A stretch of 39,047 bases of DNA, taken from the NCBI RefSeq assembly GCF_018977255.1, contig NW_024705501.1, forward strand, positions 1-39,047, read 5' to 3'. Source of the DNA: Callorhinchus milii (Eukaryota). Under the pieces are notes generated by a model that was not told the origin of the DNA, made no database searches, and saw nothing but the letters and a program-made list of their open reading frames with translations. The translations under genes and the position numbers were made by a program. This document shows positions 22,936 to 34,494 of this stretch, piece by piece. The number at the start of each line of letters is the position of its first letter. Position 1 is the stretch's first letter.

Positions 22936-23449
22936 TGATACTGAAAAAACTGCAGCTACCCGGAGAGATGACGAGGAAGGAAATTGATTTCCCTGTCTGA
23001 CTACGCTCTAGCATTAGATGGTGATACTCAGAAGGGTGAATGAGTAATAAAATCAATGACAACGGATTCAGTAGGGAATTATTTATTTGCAAGAACAAAT
23101 ACAAAGGGAATGAGAATGTATTCTTCTATTATAAAACAATCTCGAAATATGGCTCCGAGTATTGATGCGAAGTGAAAGCGGAGAAAGAAATGCAGATTGT
23201 TTCTTCTTTTGTTGAAAACGTAAGAATGTTTTAACTGAATACTCTTGGAGCTGTAATACCGCGGTCAGCCAATGTACGGGGGTGATGTAATGTAAACACA
23301 CGAAGGAATTACAGTGCGGCCTCGCCAACTGCTGGACATGCGCTTGTCCTGCAGGTCTCAAAGCCTCTTCAATCTGCCTGGAGTTGGGGACATTTTAAAT
23401 TCCTCCTCATTTCAGTGAGTGATTATTGACAACTTTGAGCAAATAGAAC

Positions 23450-23780
23450 ACTGGGGATAAGTAGCCCTGCAGGGGTTCAATTGGGACGCCTTTCCGACCT
23501 GAAGGGCGCTACATAAGTGTAATTTATTGGTGTACACTATCCCAGTTGAACCCCAGCAGTCCTGCACACTGTTGTTGCCACGTCCCTTCCAGCCGCTCCC
23601 CATCCACAAACAAATCCACACACAGCTCCTCCCATCCTCACCCACACAAAGGCCTACCCATCCTCACCCACACACAGCCCTTCCCCCTTATCAACCACAC
23701 TCATTCCCTCCCGCTGATCACCCCCTCCTCAATTACACCAAGAACCTCGCCTTCGTCACCCAAACCCAATCCCTTCCCCT
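23450..23780 (+). repeat. L2-type tail fragment followed by a degenerate C-rich minisatellite (copy 1)
   Basis: ctggggataagt..cc.gcag.gggttcaa.tgggacg.ctttccgac.tgaagggcgctaca, then repeated ccatcctcacccacaca; paralogous to 25828 onward. Confidence 0.6.
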
Positions 23781-25004
23781 GCACTAACACCATGGTGTAA
23801 CACCAGCTCATCACTAATACCATGTTGACCAGCTCAGCACTAACACTATGCTGACCAGCTGAGCAATAGCATCATGCTGACCAGCTCAGCACTAAGACCA
23901 TGGTGGCCTACTCAGCACAACCACCATGGTGACCAGCTCAGCACAACCACCATGGGGACCAGCTCAGCACAAACACCATAGTGAACAGTTTAGTACTAAC
24001 ACCATGGTGACCAGATCAGCACAAACACCATACTGACCAGCGCAACACGAGCACCATGGTGACCAGCTCAGCACAAACACCATGGTGAGCAGCTCCGCAC
24101 TAACTCCATGGTGACAGCTCAGCGCTAACATGGTGGCAACCAACTCAGCACTAACAACATGGTGACCAGCTCAGCACGAACACTATGCTGACCAGTTCAG
24201 CACTAACACCATGGTGACCAGCTCAGCACTAACACCATGGTGAACAGCTCAGCACTAACACCATACTGACCAGCGCAACACGAGCACCATGGTTACCAAT
24301 TCAGCAATAACACCATGATGAGCATCTCCGCACTAACTCCATGGTGACAGCTCAGCACTAACATGGTGGTAACCAACTCAGCACTAACAACATGGTGACC
24401 AGCTCAGCACGAACACTATGCTGACCAGTTCATGACTAACACCATGGTGACCAGCTCAGCACTAACAACATGGTGAACAGCTCAGCACTAACAACATGGT
24501 GGTCTGCTCAGCACTACCACCCATGGTGACGAGCTCAGCACTAACACCATAGTGAACCGTTCAGCACTAACGCCATGGTGACCAGCTCAGCACTAACACC
24601 ATGGTGACCAGCTCAGCACTAACACCATGGTGACCAGCTCAGCACGAATACCATGGTGAGCAGCTCAGCACTAGCACCATGGTGACCTGCTCAGCACTAG
24701 CACCATGGTGACCAGCTCAGAACTAACACTATGCTGAACTGCTGAGCACTAATACCATGGTGACCAGCTCAGCACTAACACCATGGTGACCAGCTCAGCA
24801 CTAACACCATGGTGACCAGCTCAGCACTAACACCATGGTGACCAGCTCAGCACTAACACGATGGTGACCAAATCAGCACGAGCACCACGGTGAGCAGCAC
24901 AGCACTAACACAATAGTGACCAGCTCAGCACTTACCCAACAGTGACCAGCTCAGCGTTCACACCATTGTGAACATCTTAGCACAAACACCATGGTTACCA
25001 TCAG
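23781..25004. repeat. 26-bp minisatellite, consensus CACCATGGTGACCAGCTCAGCACTAA, about 47 units
   Basis: Head-to-tail units with no spacers; internal palindrome CACCATGGTG. Confidence 0.95.
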
Positions 25005-25199
25005 TGACTGCACGCATTGTGGATGTAGTGTAGATCTATACAGAGCCTCTGTTATTATTGTGGCTTTGTTTAGCATCAGGATGTCGTGTCTGACTCTGCA
25101 CATTCTCATCCGTTGTTTAATGTGTGACCGTTTGATGAGGTATAAACTGACAAAGCTTTGCTTATGAAAAGTAATGTTTAATAACAATTGTGCAAGCTT

Positions 25200-25755
25200 A
25201 TACATAATTAGAACACATTTATAATACTTCGTGCAGCTCTGGTCCCCACATTATAGAAGAGATGTAGAGTCACCGAAGATGGTGCGAAGGAGATTCACAA
25301 GGCAGATCCGAGAGCTGAGAGGTTATACCTATGAGGAATGGCTGAACATATATCTGGGACTTCGACTCTTTTCTCTTGAAAAGAGTTGGGCGAAGGTTGA
25401 ACTGATAGCGGTCTTTAAAATGAATTAGACGTAGAGTAGACGTTGGAATGATATTTCCACTTGGAGGGGAGACAAAAATCAGTGGCCATCAATGTAAAAC
25501 AATCACAAGTAGACCAAATAGGGAAGTTCGAAGCAGTTCCTTTACACGTTGAGTAGTGGGCATGTGGAACATGGTGCCAGAAGCAGCTGTTCAGGCGAAT
25601 AAGCTATACATATCTAAGGGAAAGTTACACAGGTACATGAGCGAGAAAGGAGTAAAAGGTTTTGCTTGAAAGCGTAGTTGAGGGGGTTAGGAGGAGACTC
25701 ATGTGGAGCATAAACACTGGCATAGACAGTTGGGCCGAAAGGCCTGTTTCTGCCT
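25200..25755 (+). mobile_element. CR1 LINE 3' fragment
   Basis: VQLWSPHYRRDV..., LRLFSLEK..., ends gttgggccgaaaggcctgtttctg. Confidence 0.85.
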
Positions 25756-25827
25756 GGACTTGGTGGCATCAAAAATCCCACCCCCCATTCAGTGCGTGAA
25801 TAATGTCAGCTTTGGGCAACCAGGAAA

Positions 25828-27000
25828 CTGGGGATAAGTTACCCCGCAGTGGGTTCAACTGGGACGTCTTTCCGACGTGAAGGGCGCTACACAATTCTAA
25901 TTTGTTGTTATATGTTGTTGTTGCCTTTCTGCGCACACAAAACCAAAATCAGACCCTCCCCATCCTCATTCGCACGCAGCCCCTCTCCATCCTCACTCAC
26001 ATCCAAACCCTCCCCCTCAAAAACAACAACAACATGATTGCATTTTTGTAGCGCCTTTCACGTCTGGATGACGTCCTAAGGCGCTGAAAAAGTACGACAT
26101 TTCAGACTCGAGCTGGAGTCGGGTGGAGAAGGGCTGGGGAGTAGGGGAAGGGGCTTTCCCGATGACATTGTCTTCAGAGGTGAGGCAGTGGCGGAATCGG
26201 GATATGTTACTGAGTTGAGGGAAAGCAGATCTGGTCATGGCTTGAAATTGGGGGGGAAAAGACATTTGAGTGTTGAGCAAGTCACCTGGGTTCCTGCCTG
26301 GCTTGGTGAGTTGTAGTGTGCAACCAATGAGGTTGATGCTGCTGGAGCCTAAGTCGTAGAGGCGCTGGTGCGAGATAATCAAGACTGCCTCAATCTTGTT
26401 CACATTCAGCTGTAAGAAATTCGCCCTCATCCAGGACTTCATGTCCGACAGGCAGTCTGTCGAGACAGCAGTGGTCCTGGAGTTGAGTGTGGATGCAGAA
26501 AGATAGAGTTCGGTGTCATCCGCATACGTGCGGAAGTTGATCCCATGTCTGTGGCTGATGTCACCAAGGGATTCAGCCCCTCCCCATGATCATACACAAC
26601 AAGCCCATCCCCATCTACGCCCAATCCCAACTCCTCAACCTACGCTCCCATACCCAGCCGCTCCTCTTTCTCCTTAAATCCTCACCCAGCACTCCCACCT
26701 TCACCGACATTGAGACCTTCCCATTCCTCAACCAAAGTACGCCCAGATTCTCTCAATCCAAAACCGCACCTACCCTTCCTCATTCTCACCTCCACACAGC
26801 CTTACACCCTCACCGACAACAAGTCGCCCCCACCCTCAGCCACAATCAATTCCTCGCCTTCGTCAAACACACCAAGCCCCTGCCAATCCTTAGCCACTCC
26901 AAGCCCCTCAAACACACCTTGACCCCACATCAACCCTACCCAGCACCACACGCCCTTTCACACACCTAACCCCATTCCCTCAAACATTCTTTCAATCGTC
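25828..27000 (+). repeat. L2-type tail fragment plus degenerate C-rich minisatellite (copy 2), interrupted by an L2 insertion
   Basis: Same lead-in sequence as 23450; ccatcctca units on both sides of 26019-26572. Confidence 0.55.
26019..26572 (-). mobile_element. L2 LINE fragment (RT core joined to 3' tail, internally deleted)
   Basis: Minus strand encodes YADDTE..., SWMRANFLQLNVNKIEA; tail gcgccttaggacgtcatccagacgtgaaaggcgct...(TTG)n. Confidence 0.85.
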
Positions 27001-27084
27001 AACCACACCCTGCCTCTCTTTATCGTGAATCAAGTAGGAATCAGTTTGTTAGACGATTAGGGAATCATATTCTTCGGGATAATA

Positions 27085-27270
27085 ACGGCTCCAAATAAAT
27101 AAAATCGACTTGGTCACTCAATACACGACTGTTTGTGGGACTCTGCTGTGGGCAAATCGCTTCCGCGTTTCGCTCATATATATAATCTCAACTCACATTG
27201 ACAATGAAGCGCATTGAGACATCCAGAAGACGTGAAAAACGTTATATCAAATGTGATTCTTATTATTATT
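27085..27270 (+). mobile_element. SINE 3' half (Deu body and L2-like tail)
   Basis: cgactgtttgtgggactctgctgtgggcaaatcgc...gaagcgcattgagacatccagaagacgtgaaaa...tattatt. Confidence 0.7.
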
Positions 27271-27632
27271 TGAAAGAAATTCGATGGAAAGCAACTCATG
27301 AATGGGCCAAACTGTTTTTCTTTTTAGATGTTCATCAGATTTCAACATATTTTATTTTATTCCCAATATTTATTCACATAACAAATAAAATGCTTCTGAA
27401 TAGCAAGTTTACAAGGCTTCCGTGGAGTAGAGCACATTGTGCATACTCAAACATATTTCATAACATATTTGTGACGTTTTGTCTTTCAACACACAAAATC
27501 TTTCAAAAGATCCCTTCTTATTTAGACGGAACAAGTGCATAATGCGGATTGGTTCATCATGTTATCAGGCTGTCCTTCATATGAATGCATTCACTGATAT
27601 TTCTGAAGTTCTACTATGTGCGAAGTCAAGTC

Positions 27633-28544
27633 TTACCATAACTTTATGAATTTAGCAACGATACGAAATGGATAAACTATTCCTTTCCGAAGCTCTTCTC
27701 TGAACTTGGTCTGAGTCAAAGCATAAATGCAGGTGTTGGTACAGCAACTCAACCTTTGAAGCATGATTCCGGTTTCTTGCACTATGTACCGCATATTATT
27801 GGCAAATATTGCGGTGTAATTAAAATTGGAAAGTTGCCATTTGAAGGAATATGAAACAAAAGTTAACCAAAGCAGTATAAGACTACCCGATATGGCGAAG
27901 AGTAAAATGACGGATTTTCTTCGGTTTTCTAACTCTGGATCAATAGTTTTCTCAGCATTTCTCTGACCCAGAAGCCTCTTGCGGACCTTATTGGCCATCA
28001 TAATGTGCCTGACAGTCAGAGCGTTAAACAGGCAAACGAAAGCAAAACCAAACATGGGAAGAACAATACGTTGAAGCCTTTCAAAAGCTTTCCAGGTGTC
28101 CAAGATATGGAAGCTTGATTTGGTGATGCCAGTACCACGGGGTGTTGTTAACTATAACATAAGAATCAAACGCAAAATAGCAGGGAATGCTCAGTGACCA
28201 GATGAAAATAGACAGAGTTACAATGACCACTGTGGCCATCCTCTCAGTGCAATATATTGGTTTCAGCTTTTGGCAACAAATGGCTACAAAACGATCGAAA
28301 GTGAAAGCCACAGTGAACCACAGAGAGCTGTGCATAGCGACACTAAGCAACACAATTCTCGTACTACACACTGGAGTGTAGAATAAGATATTTAGTGGGA
28401 AATACAGATTGTTTATTTTATTCAGCAGCACATCTACAAGGACAACCAGGAGATCAGCCGCCGCCATGGCTACCAAATAGCGAGTGATGCACTTGGAGAG
28501 ACCGCACTTTCCTCTTAACAGGACCGCAATCGCCAGCAAATTAA
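27633..28544 (-). pseudogene. GPR139-like GPCR (minus-strand paralog), coding exon 2 with a single +1 frameshift at 28129-28130
   Basis: Acceptor ttttattgcatctcgCAG, phase 1. VNLLAIAVLLRGKCGLSKC, FTFDRFVAICC, ...PWY[TGGC for TGC]ITKSSF..., RRKSVILLFAIS, LSCCTNTCIY, FREEL. Two overlapping ORFs (28081-28557 and 27633-28103). Confidence 0.9.
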
Positions 28545-29029
28545 CTGCGAGATGCAATAAAAGCAGAAAACGTTATTTATACAAATAAAAATTGCTATGT
28601 TAAAAATTTAAAGATGTGTCATATACGGTTGCGTTTTCATTCAATGGAAGTGGCGATAAGAGAGCATAAGCAAACAAGAATTTTATAATTTCGTGCAACC
28701 ATTTATCTTCCACAGTAAACATTGAAACACTACCTTATACAAATAATCAATCTTGACGTAAAATAATATTACCCACTAAAGTTATTGAGCTTTGGAATCA
28801 TATTCCTCTGTTCCATATAACAATAATGTAGAAGATCTGAAGTAAGCTTTGTCAGGAATAAAATATTTTGGGAATTATTTGGTGTTGAGCTTTTGCTATA
28901 TAGCTCCCGCAATATGGCTCAATTTGATTTTTAAATGCAAAACTAATCACTTCCTTTTAATAGCAGGTTATCTGGATTAAAACCTACATACATTATATCA
29001 GATTGGAAACCACTTTCGATTCAGAGACG

Positions 29030-29640
29030 TTATAATAGAACCAGAGAACTATACAACACAAAACAATCCATTCGGCCGAGAGGGTCTACAGTGGCTCGCA
29101 GAAGAAAATTTGTATCGGTTTTACTGCCCAAAATATCCATATAGCTTTCAAATGCTCTTTTCTTTAAAATCTTATCCAGTTACCCTTTAATCCCAAAATG
29201 GGCTATACCTCTATCGCAGTAATAGTCAGCCCACTCCACATCCCAACAATACTCTGAGCTAAAAGATCACCAAAAGCTCCCTATTTATTTCTTCTTGTGA
29301 TTAACTTTTAACTTTGGCCACAAGGCACCGACTCACGATTGGTGCAAATAGTTTCTCACTCTTCACTCTTTCAAACTCCTACATAGTTGTATTCGTCTAC
29401 GATGTCCCTTACCAACCTTCTATGCTCCAATGAAAACAGACCCAACTTGTCCAATCGTTCCTCATTACTAAAACCCATCATCGCTGGTGTCATTCTTGTA
29501 AAGCTTCTCTCAAGTCTCCAAATAATTGAGTGATTTCCTAAAAACTGATCGAATGCAAATCTCCAGCAGCTGCCTATGCAATCGTTGTTACAAAGTTAGA
29601 ATTATTGCTTCAGTATCCTCCTCTACGCTCCTTTATGAAC
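29030..29640 (-). mobile_element. Old CR1 3' fragment (intronic)
   Basis: tagaaccagagaactatacaacaca...ccattcggcc tail signature; accaaccttctatgctccaatgaaaacagaccc is the antisense of LGLFSLE.RRL. Confidence 0.7.
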
Positions 29641-30905
29641 TCTATCGGCAAAAATTGCTTGCATATNAAAAAATAACTTTCATGCATGGAGCAACCCTTT
29701 GAGCTGAAAAGCAGAAGGGCTTGTCAGCAAGCTGGGGAGAGCGTGTGGAAGTGAATATTGAGTCCACCAAATAGTAAGGTATTCATATAAGATCTGAATA
29801 CAGGTAAGTAGAGAACGCAGTGGAGGGATATAAGTAGACAGTTCTGGAGTCTGAGATGGGTAGTTTCTCAAACCACACCCACTGATGGTGAATTAACGGA
29901 GACAAGAATCATATGGAAGTGAAGCGAACTGATTCAAATCGGGGTAATATTGCGCAATGTAAGCAGATCAGAGAGATAAGGAGGTCAGGGAGGTGACAAG
30001 ACTTGAATTGATTTGTGAGTAACGGTGAGGATTACGAAATCGATCCGTCAATCAATGAGCGTTTTAGTGTTGGGTATGAGACATGGTCTGAGGTGCGTAA
30101 TGCAGACCATGAAATCGAATCAATCTGGTCAGAGATGTCGGGGTGATAGATAGTTCGGGATGTATCATGTCGTGTAGGTTGTGCCAATTTGGGAAGCTGT
30201 TGACACTTTACGGGTGTTCGTTACGAGAGGACACAAGTATAAGTGAGCGATGATGGGATCCAAAACAAATTGCTCTTCCCAGAGGATAGAGAGAATGAAG
30301 AAGTTGTTGCCTGAATTGATGAGATTATTTGGTGTATAGAAGAAGAAATTACGCATTCCACTGAGAAAGAGGGGGGATTTTAAGTTTGTCGGAGAGAGTA
30401 ATGACTTCTACGCTTTACAACAACAACACCAAGATCAACTTGCACTTATCTGGCGCTCTGCATGCAGAGTAGCGAATCACACCACAGAAGAGTGGCGGAC
30501 ATCCATTGGTGGAGCGGAGGGTGCGAGGGACATGCATCAGGCGCTGTGTTGTGGAGTGTGGAGTGACGAGGTCGGATAGTTAAGCACTTGCCTTGGAGGT
30601 GCCATTATAAACGCCAACATGGTCAGATTCATCTCATTGTCCCCATTCCGTGCCGTGCAATCTTTGTACCTCTTTGTATGCCTTTTAACACAGCCCTTTC
30701 CACTGCTGATGCTACTTTCATAGATTAACATACACCTAATCCCTGGTACATTTGCTCCTATGCGCATTCCAAAATACTGCCTTTCGACACATACATATTT
30801 CTCTACGAACATGAATAACCTGATATGCCGCTTTAATAAATATCTTCTGTCACCCAATGCAGTAAAATGTTGATCATAGATAATACTGCGACCAAATAGA
30901 CTTAC

Positions 30906-30975
30906 CAGGAATTCCAAATGCTGCAAGAATGGGGTAGTAAATAGCAATTACTGTGTACAACGTTGGATGTTCCAT
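30906..30975 (-). CDS. GPR139-like GPCR (minus-strand paralog), coding exon 1
   Basis: 70-nt exon MEHPTLYTVIAIYYPILAAFGIP+G followed by a GTAAGT donor; intron 28545-30905; 326 aa if the frameshift is corrected. Confidence 0.9.
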
Positions 30976-31691
30976 GCTCACTGTTACTTATTGATGCCGA
31001 TGGCAGAGACTTCAGTGAAAACACTGCCGTCACATTGAACTAAATTTGTACTTATAGGGAACGTGACAATACATATTGCATCAGGAATGCCATTAGTTCC
31101 AGACGAATGAACAAACAAGATGACGTGTTCGCTTGAGAGTTGCATATGTAATACTCGGATTAAATTTGTTATCGTGAATTGAAAACTAGACACATAAAAC
31201 CACATAAAAAATTAAGCGTAGCATAAAATAAATGCAGAAAGAAAGGAACAATATTATTTAAAACATCTTACAGGAGTTACAAGAAGAACAAATAGAGCTA
31301 TATCGAAAACAACAAATTACACTTGCACAGTGCACTTCATGTCGCAAAGGTGTTCCAGGGCTCTGGACAGTCAGGATTTCTTGCATCTATATCTGGCGAA
31401 TATGATGCAGAATTATCGCGGGTAGTGCATGGGATTGTGTAAAGTTAAAAATACATTACCCTCACCTACTTGAACATAGAATTGAACATAGAATATTGAG
31501 ACCCGAGGAAGGGATGTTTGCCAAGTGGGTTGGAAAGGGAAAGATAAACAAGAGGGTGGTTAATAAGGAACGTCTTTATACGGACTATGATAGAGAGGCG
31601 TGAGCAAGCGAGTCCTGGTTTCAAAAATAATAACAACAACAATTTGCATTAACAAACCACCCCTCGCGTAGCGCTTCGGGGTATTCTGTGT

Positions 31692-31998
31692 TAATATATT
31701 AATAATCCTTGCAGTTGACACAGCGCTCTTCTGGACGTCTTAATACGCCTCACAGAATGTGCTGCAACATGAACTCACCGTATATTTGAGGGCGAAACGC
31801 GGCAGACCATTGCGCATAGCAGTGTCCCACAAACAGTAGTGGATTGAAAATGTCCAATTTATTATTGTTTTGCTTTGGAGGAATTATTGTCAGGCGTGTG
31901 TAGTTAGGAAACTTGCCAGGAGTTACGCCCTGCCTGGAATTCAACCCAAGTTATCGCTTGCAAGGCGAATGCTTTAACTACTGAGCTGCAGAACTTCA
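31692..31998 (-). mobile_element. Full-length tRNA-Ala-derived SINE (older copy)
   Basis: Colinear with the 19059-19380 copy. Confidence 0.85.
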
Positions 31999-32157
31999 GT
32001 CTGGGATTGAGTTACAGAGAGTGGGCGGGCAGATAGTCCGAAATCCAGATCACTGCTGGTGGGACAGAGGATGTTCATCTTACACGACAATGTGCATTCA
32101 AGGAAGACACGCACTGCATAGTGGACTGCAGAGAGGGGTGTGTTTATTCGCTCAGTA

Positions 32158-33484
32158 CAACAACAACAACAACAACAACAAGATTCCATTTATAGAGCGC
32201 CTTTCACGTCAGGAGGACGTCCCAAGGCGCTGCACAGTTGGGTCATGACCCGAGCAGGGGGGAAATGGTCAGGGTGAGGGGAGGGAAGGGAGGGAGAGAG
32301 GAAGGGGAAATGGTCAGGGTGAGGGGAGGGAAGGGAGGGAGCGAGGAGGAGGAAGAGAGTCGAGAGGGGAGCTGAAGGCACGGTCAAAGAGAAAGGTTTT
32401 GAGACCGGCCTTGAAGGAGGAAAGGGAGGAAGCAAGGCGAAGGCACTGGGGGATGGAGTTCCAGAGCCTCGGGGCTGAGAGGCTGAAGGCCCGACCACCG
32501 ATAGTAGGGCGGTTGGGGCGGGGGACGTGGAGCAGACCGGAGCCAGAGGAACGGAGGGTACGGGCAGGTAGGTAGGGGGATAGTAGGTTGGAGAGGTAGG
32601 AGGGAGCAAGGCCGTGAATGGCCTTGTAGGTGAGGATGAGGATCTTGAAATCAATCCTCTGGGGGATGGGGAGCCAGTGGAGGCGAGCGAGGGTGGGAGT
32701 GATGTGGTCCCGAAGCCTGGTGCGGGACAGTACACGAGCTGCAGAGTTCTGAATGACCTGCAGCTTGTGGAGGGAGGTGGCGGGAAGGCCGGCGAGGAGA
32801 GAGTTCCCATAGTCCAGCCTTGAGGTGACAAAGGCGTGAACCAGGGTTTCAGCAGCGTGAGGGGTGAGGTAGTGCCGTAATCTGGCGATATTCCGGAGGT
32901 GATGGAAGGCGGTGCCAGTTGTGGTGCGGATGTGAGGGAGAAAGGACAGCTCAGGGTCGAACAAAACGCCGAGGTTCCTGACTGGCTTTGAGAGGTGGAG
33001 AGTGCAGCCTTGGATGCTGATGGTGTCAGCGCCTGAGGTGCGGAGGCGCTGACGTGAGCCAATCAGGAGGGCCTCGGTTTTTTGCACGTTGAGCTGAAGA
33101 AAGTTGTCTCTCGTCCAGGACTCGATGTCGGACAGGCAGGCTGTCAGGACATCGGTGGTCGTGGAGTTGAGAGTAGAGGAGGAAAGGTAGAGTTGGGTGT
33201 CATCCGCATACATGTGGAAGTTAACTCCATGTTTGCGGATGATGTCACCAAGGGGGAGCATATAGAGGGTGAAGAGGAGGGGACCGAGGACAGAGCCCTG
33301 AGGGACACCACATGAGACAGTACGGGGGGTGGAGGAGAAGCCATTCGTTGAGACGAAGTGAAGACGGTGAGAAAGGTACGACCTAAACCATTCAAGGACA
33401 GTGCCTTGAAAGTTGAGGTGGGAGGACAAGCGGTGGAGTAGGATAGTGTGGTCGACCGTATCGAATGCAGCCGATAGGTCGAGT
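32158..33484 (-). mobile_element. Young L2 LINE, 5'-truncated, uninterrupted RT C-terminal ORF (to stop at 32314), 3' UTR and (TTG)n tail
   Basis: [55 protein letters not shown]; no stops or frameshifts. Confidence 0.97.
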
Positions 33485-33685
33485 ACGCAACATACCTCAG
33501 TCGCGTCTGATCATTGTCATGATGTTTGTGTCATCTCATACACACATCCTTTTCCATTGAGCAATGGGTCCATTGGTCAATGTTGCAGCGTTTGAGCAGG
33601 AGCTGCGTAAATTTCTGTGGGTATAACGAGTCCTCAGTATGGCAGAATAGAAGTATAAGAAACAATATGACGTCATTAAGGCAGC

Positions 33686-33728
<43 letters not shown>

Positions 33729-34041
33729 CCTTGCATTTGTTGTAGCTCTTTTCACGTCGGGAGGACGTCCCAAAGCGCTTTACAGAACAAACTGTAAAGT
33801 GAATTGACTGTATATTTGTGAGCGAACGCGGCAGCCAATTGCGCACAGCAATGTCCCACAAACCGTCGTAGATTGAAAATGACAAATTTATTATTATTTT
33901 TTTTTGGAGGGATTACTATTAGGCGTGTGGCGTAAGGAAACTTGCCCAAGGTTTCGCCCTATGCCTGGAATTGAACTCAGGTTTCTTGCTTGCTTGCTTG
34001 CTTGCAAAGCGAGTGCTCTCACCACTGAGCTACAGGACTCC
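33686..34041 (-). mobile_element. Full-length tRNA-Ala-derived SINE with long (TTA)n tail
   Basis: Near-identical in structure to 19059-19380; (TAA)n at 33686-33728 on the plus strand. Confidence 0.92.
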
Positions 34042-34494
34042 ACTAAGTAAAAATAGTAAAGTATTAATTACGGATAGTACATTTACCATCTAGACTCATT
34101 GGCAGAGAGAGTAAGAGCAGGAGTCAATGAAAGAATGTATTCTTAGCAACTTGTGCAACAATCGTTTCTGTCTCAATCTACAGGAGCTTTAAGAAGTGAA
34201 AAAGCTCTGCTATGCTTACTTATGGGCTGGGCCTATAGAAAAGATCGTCCTCAATTTGACGACGGAATCCGCTGTAGCATAACCCTCTGCTACCAAATAT
34301 CCCACCTGCTATAAACAACGAGCACGTATAAAATGAAAAGGAGAGCACCAAGTACAGAGCCCTGAAGAGCGCTACACGAGACTGTGCGAGGGCAGGAGAA
34401 GAAGCCATTTGCTCAGACAAACTGGATATGGTGTGAGATGTAGGATCTGCAACACTCAAAGGCAGAATTTATAACATTTAGTTAAGAGGAGAGG

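Noticed and set aside
23781..25004. CRISPR-like array (26-bp partly palindromic repeat)
   Set aside because: Units are head-to-tail with no unique spacers, no cas genes, and the context is vertebrate.
29667..29667. Single N
   Set aside because: Assembly ambiguity or gap marker, not biology; it does make the length of the minus-strand intron uncertain.
32190..33062. 290-aa Ser/Pro-rich ORF as an overlapping gene
   Set aside because: Alternative frame of the C-rich L2 RT strand, which is naturally stop-poor.
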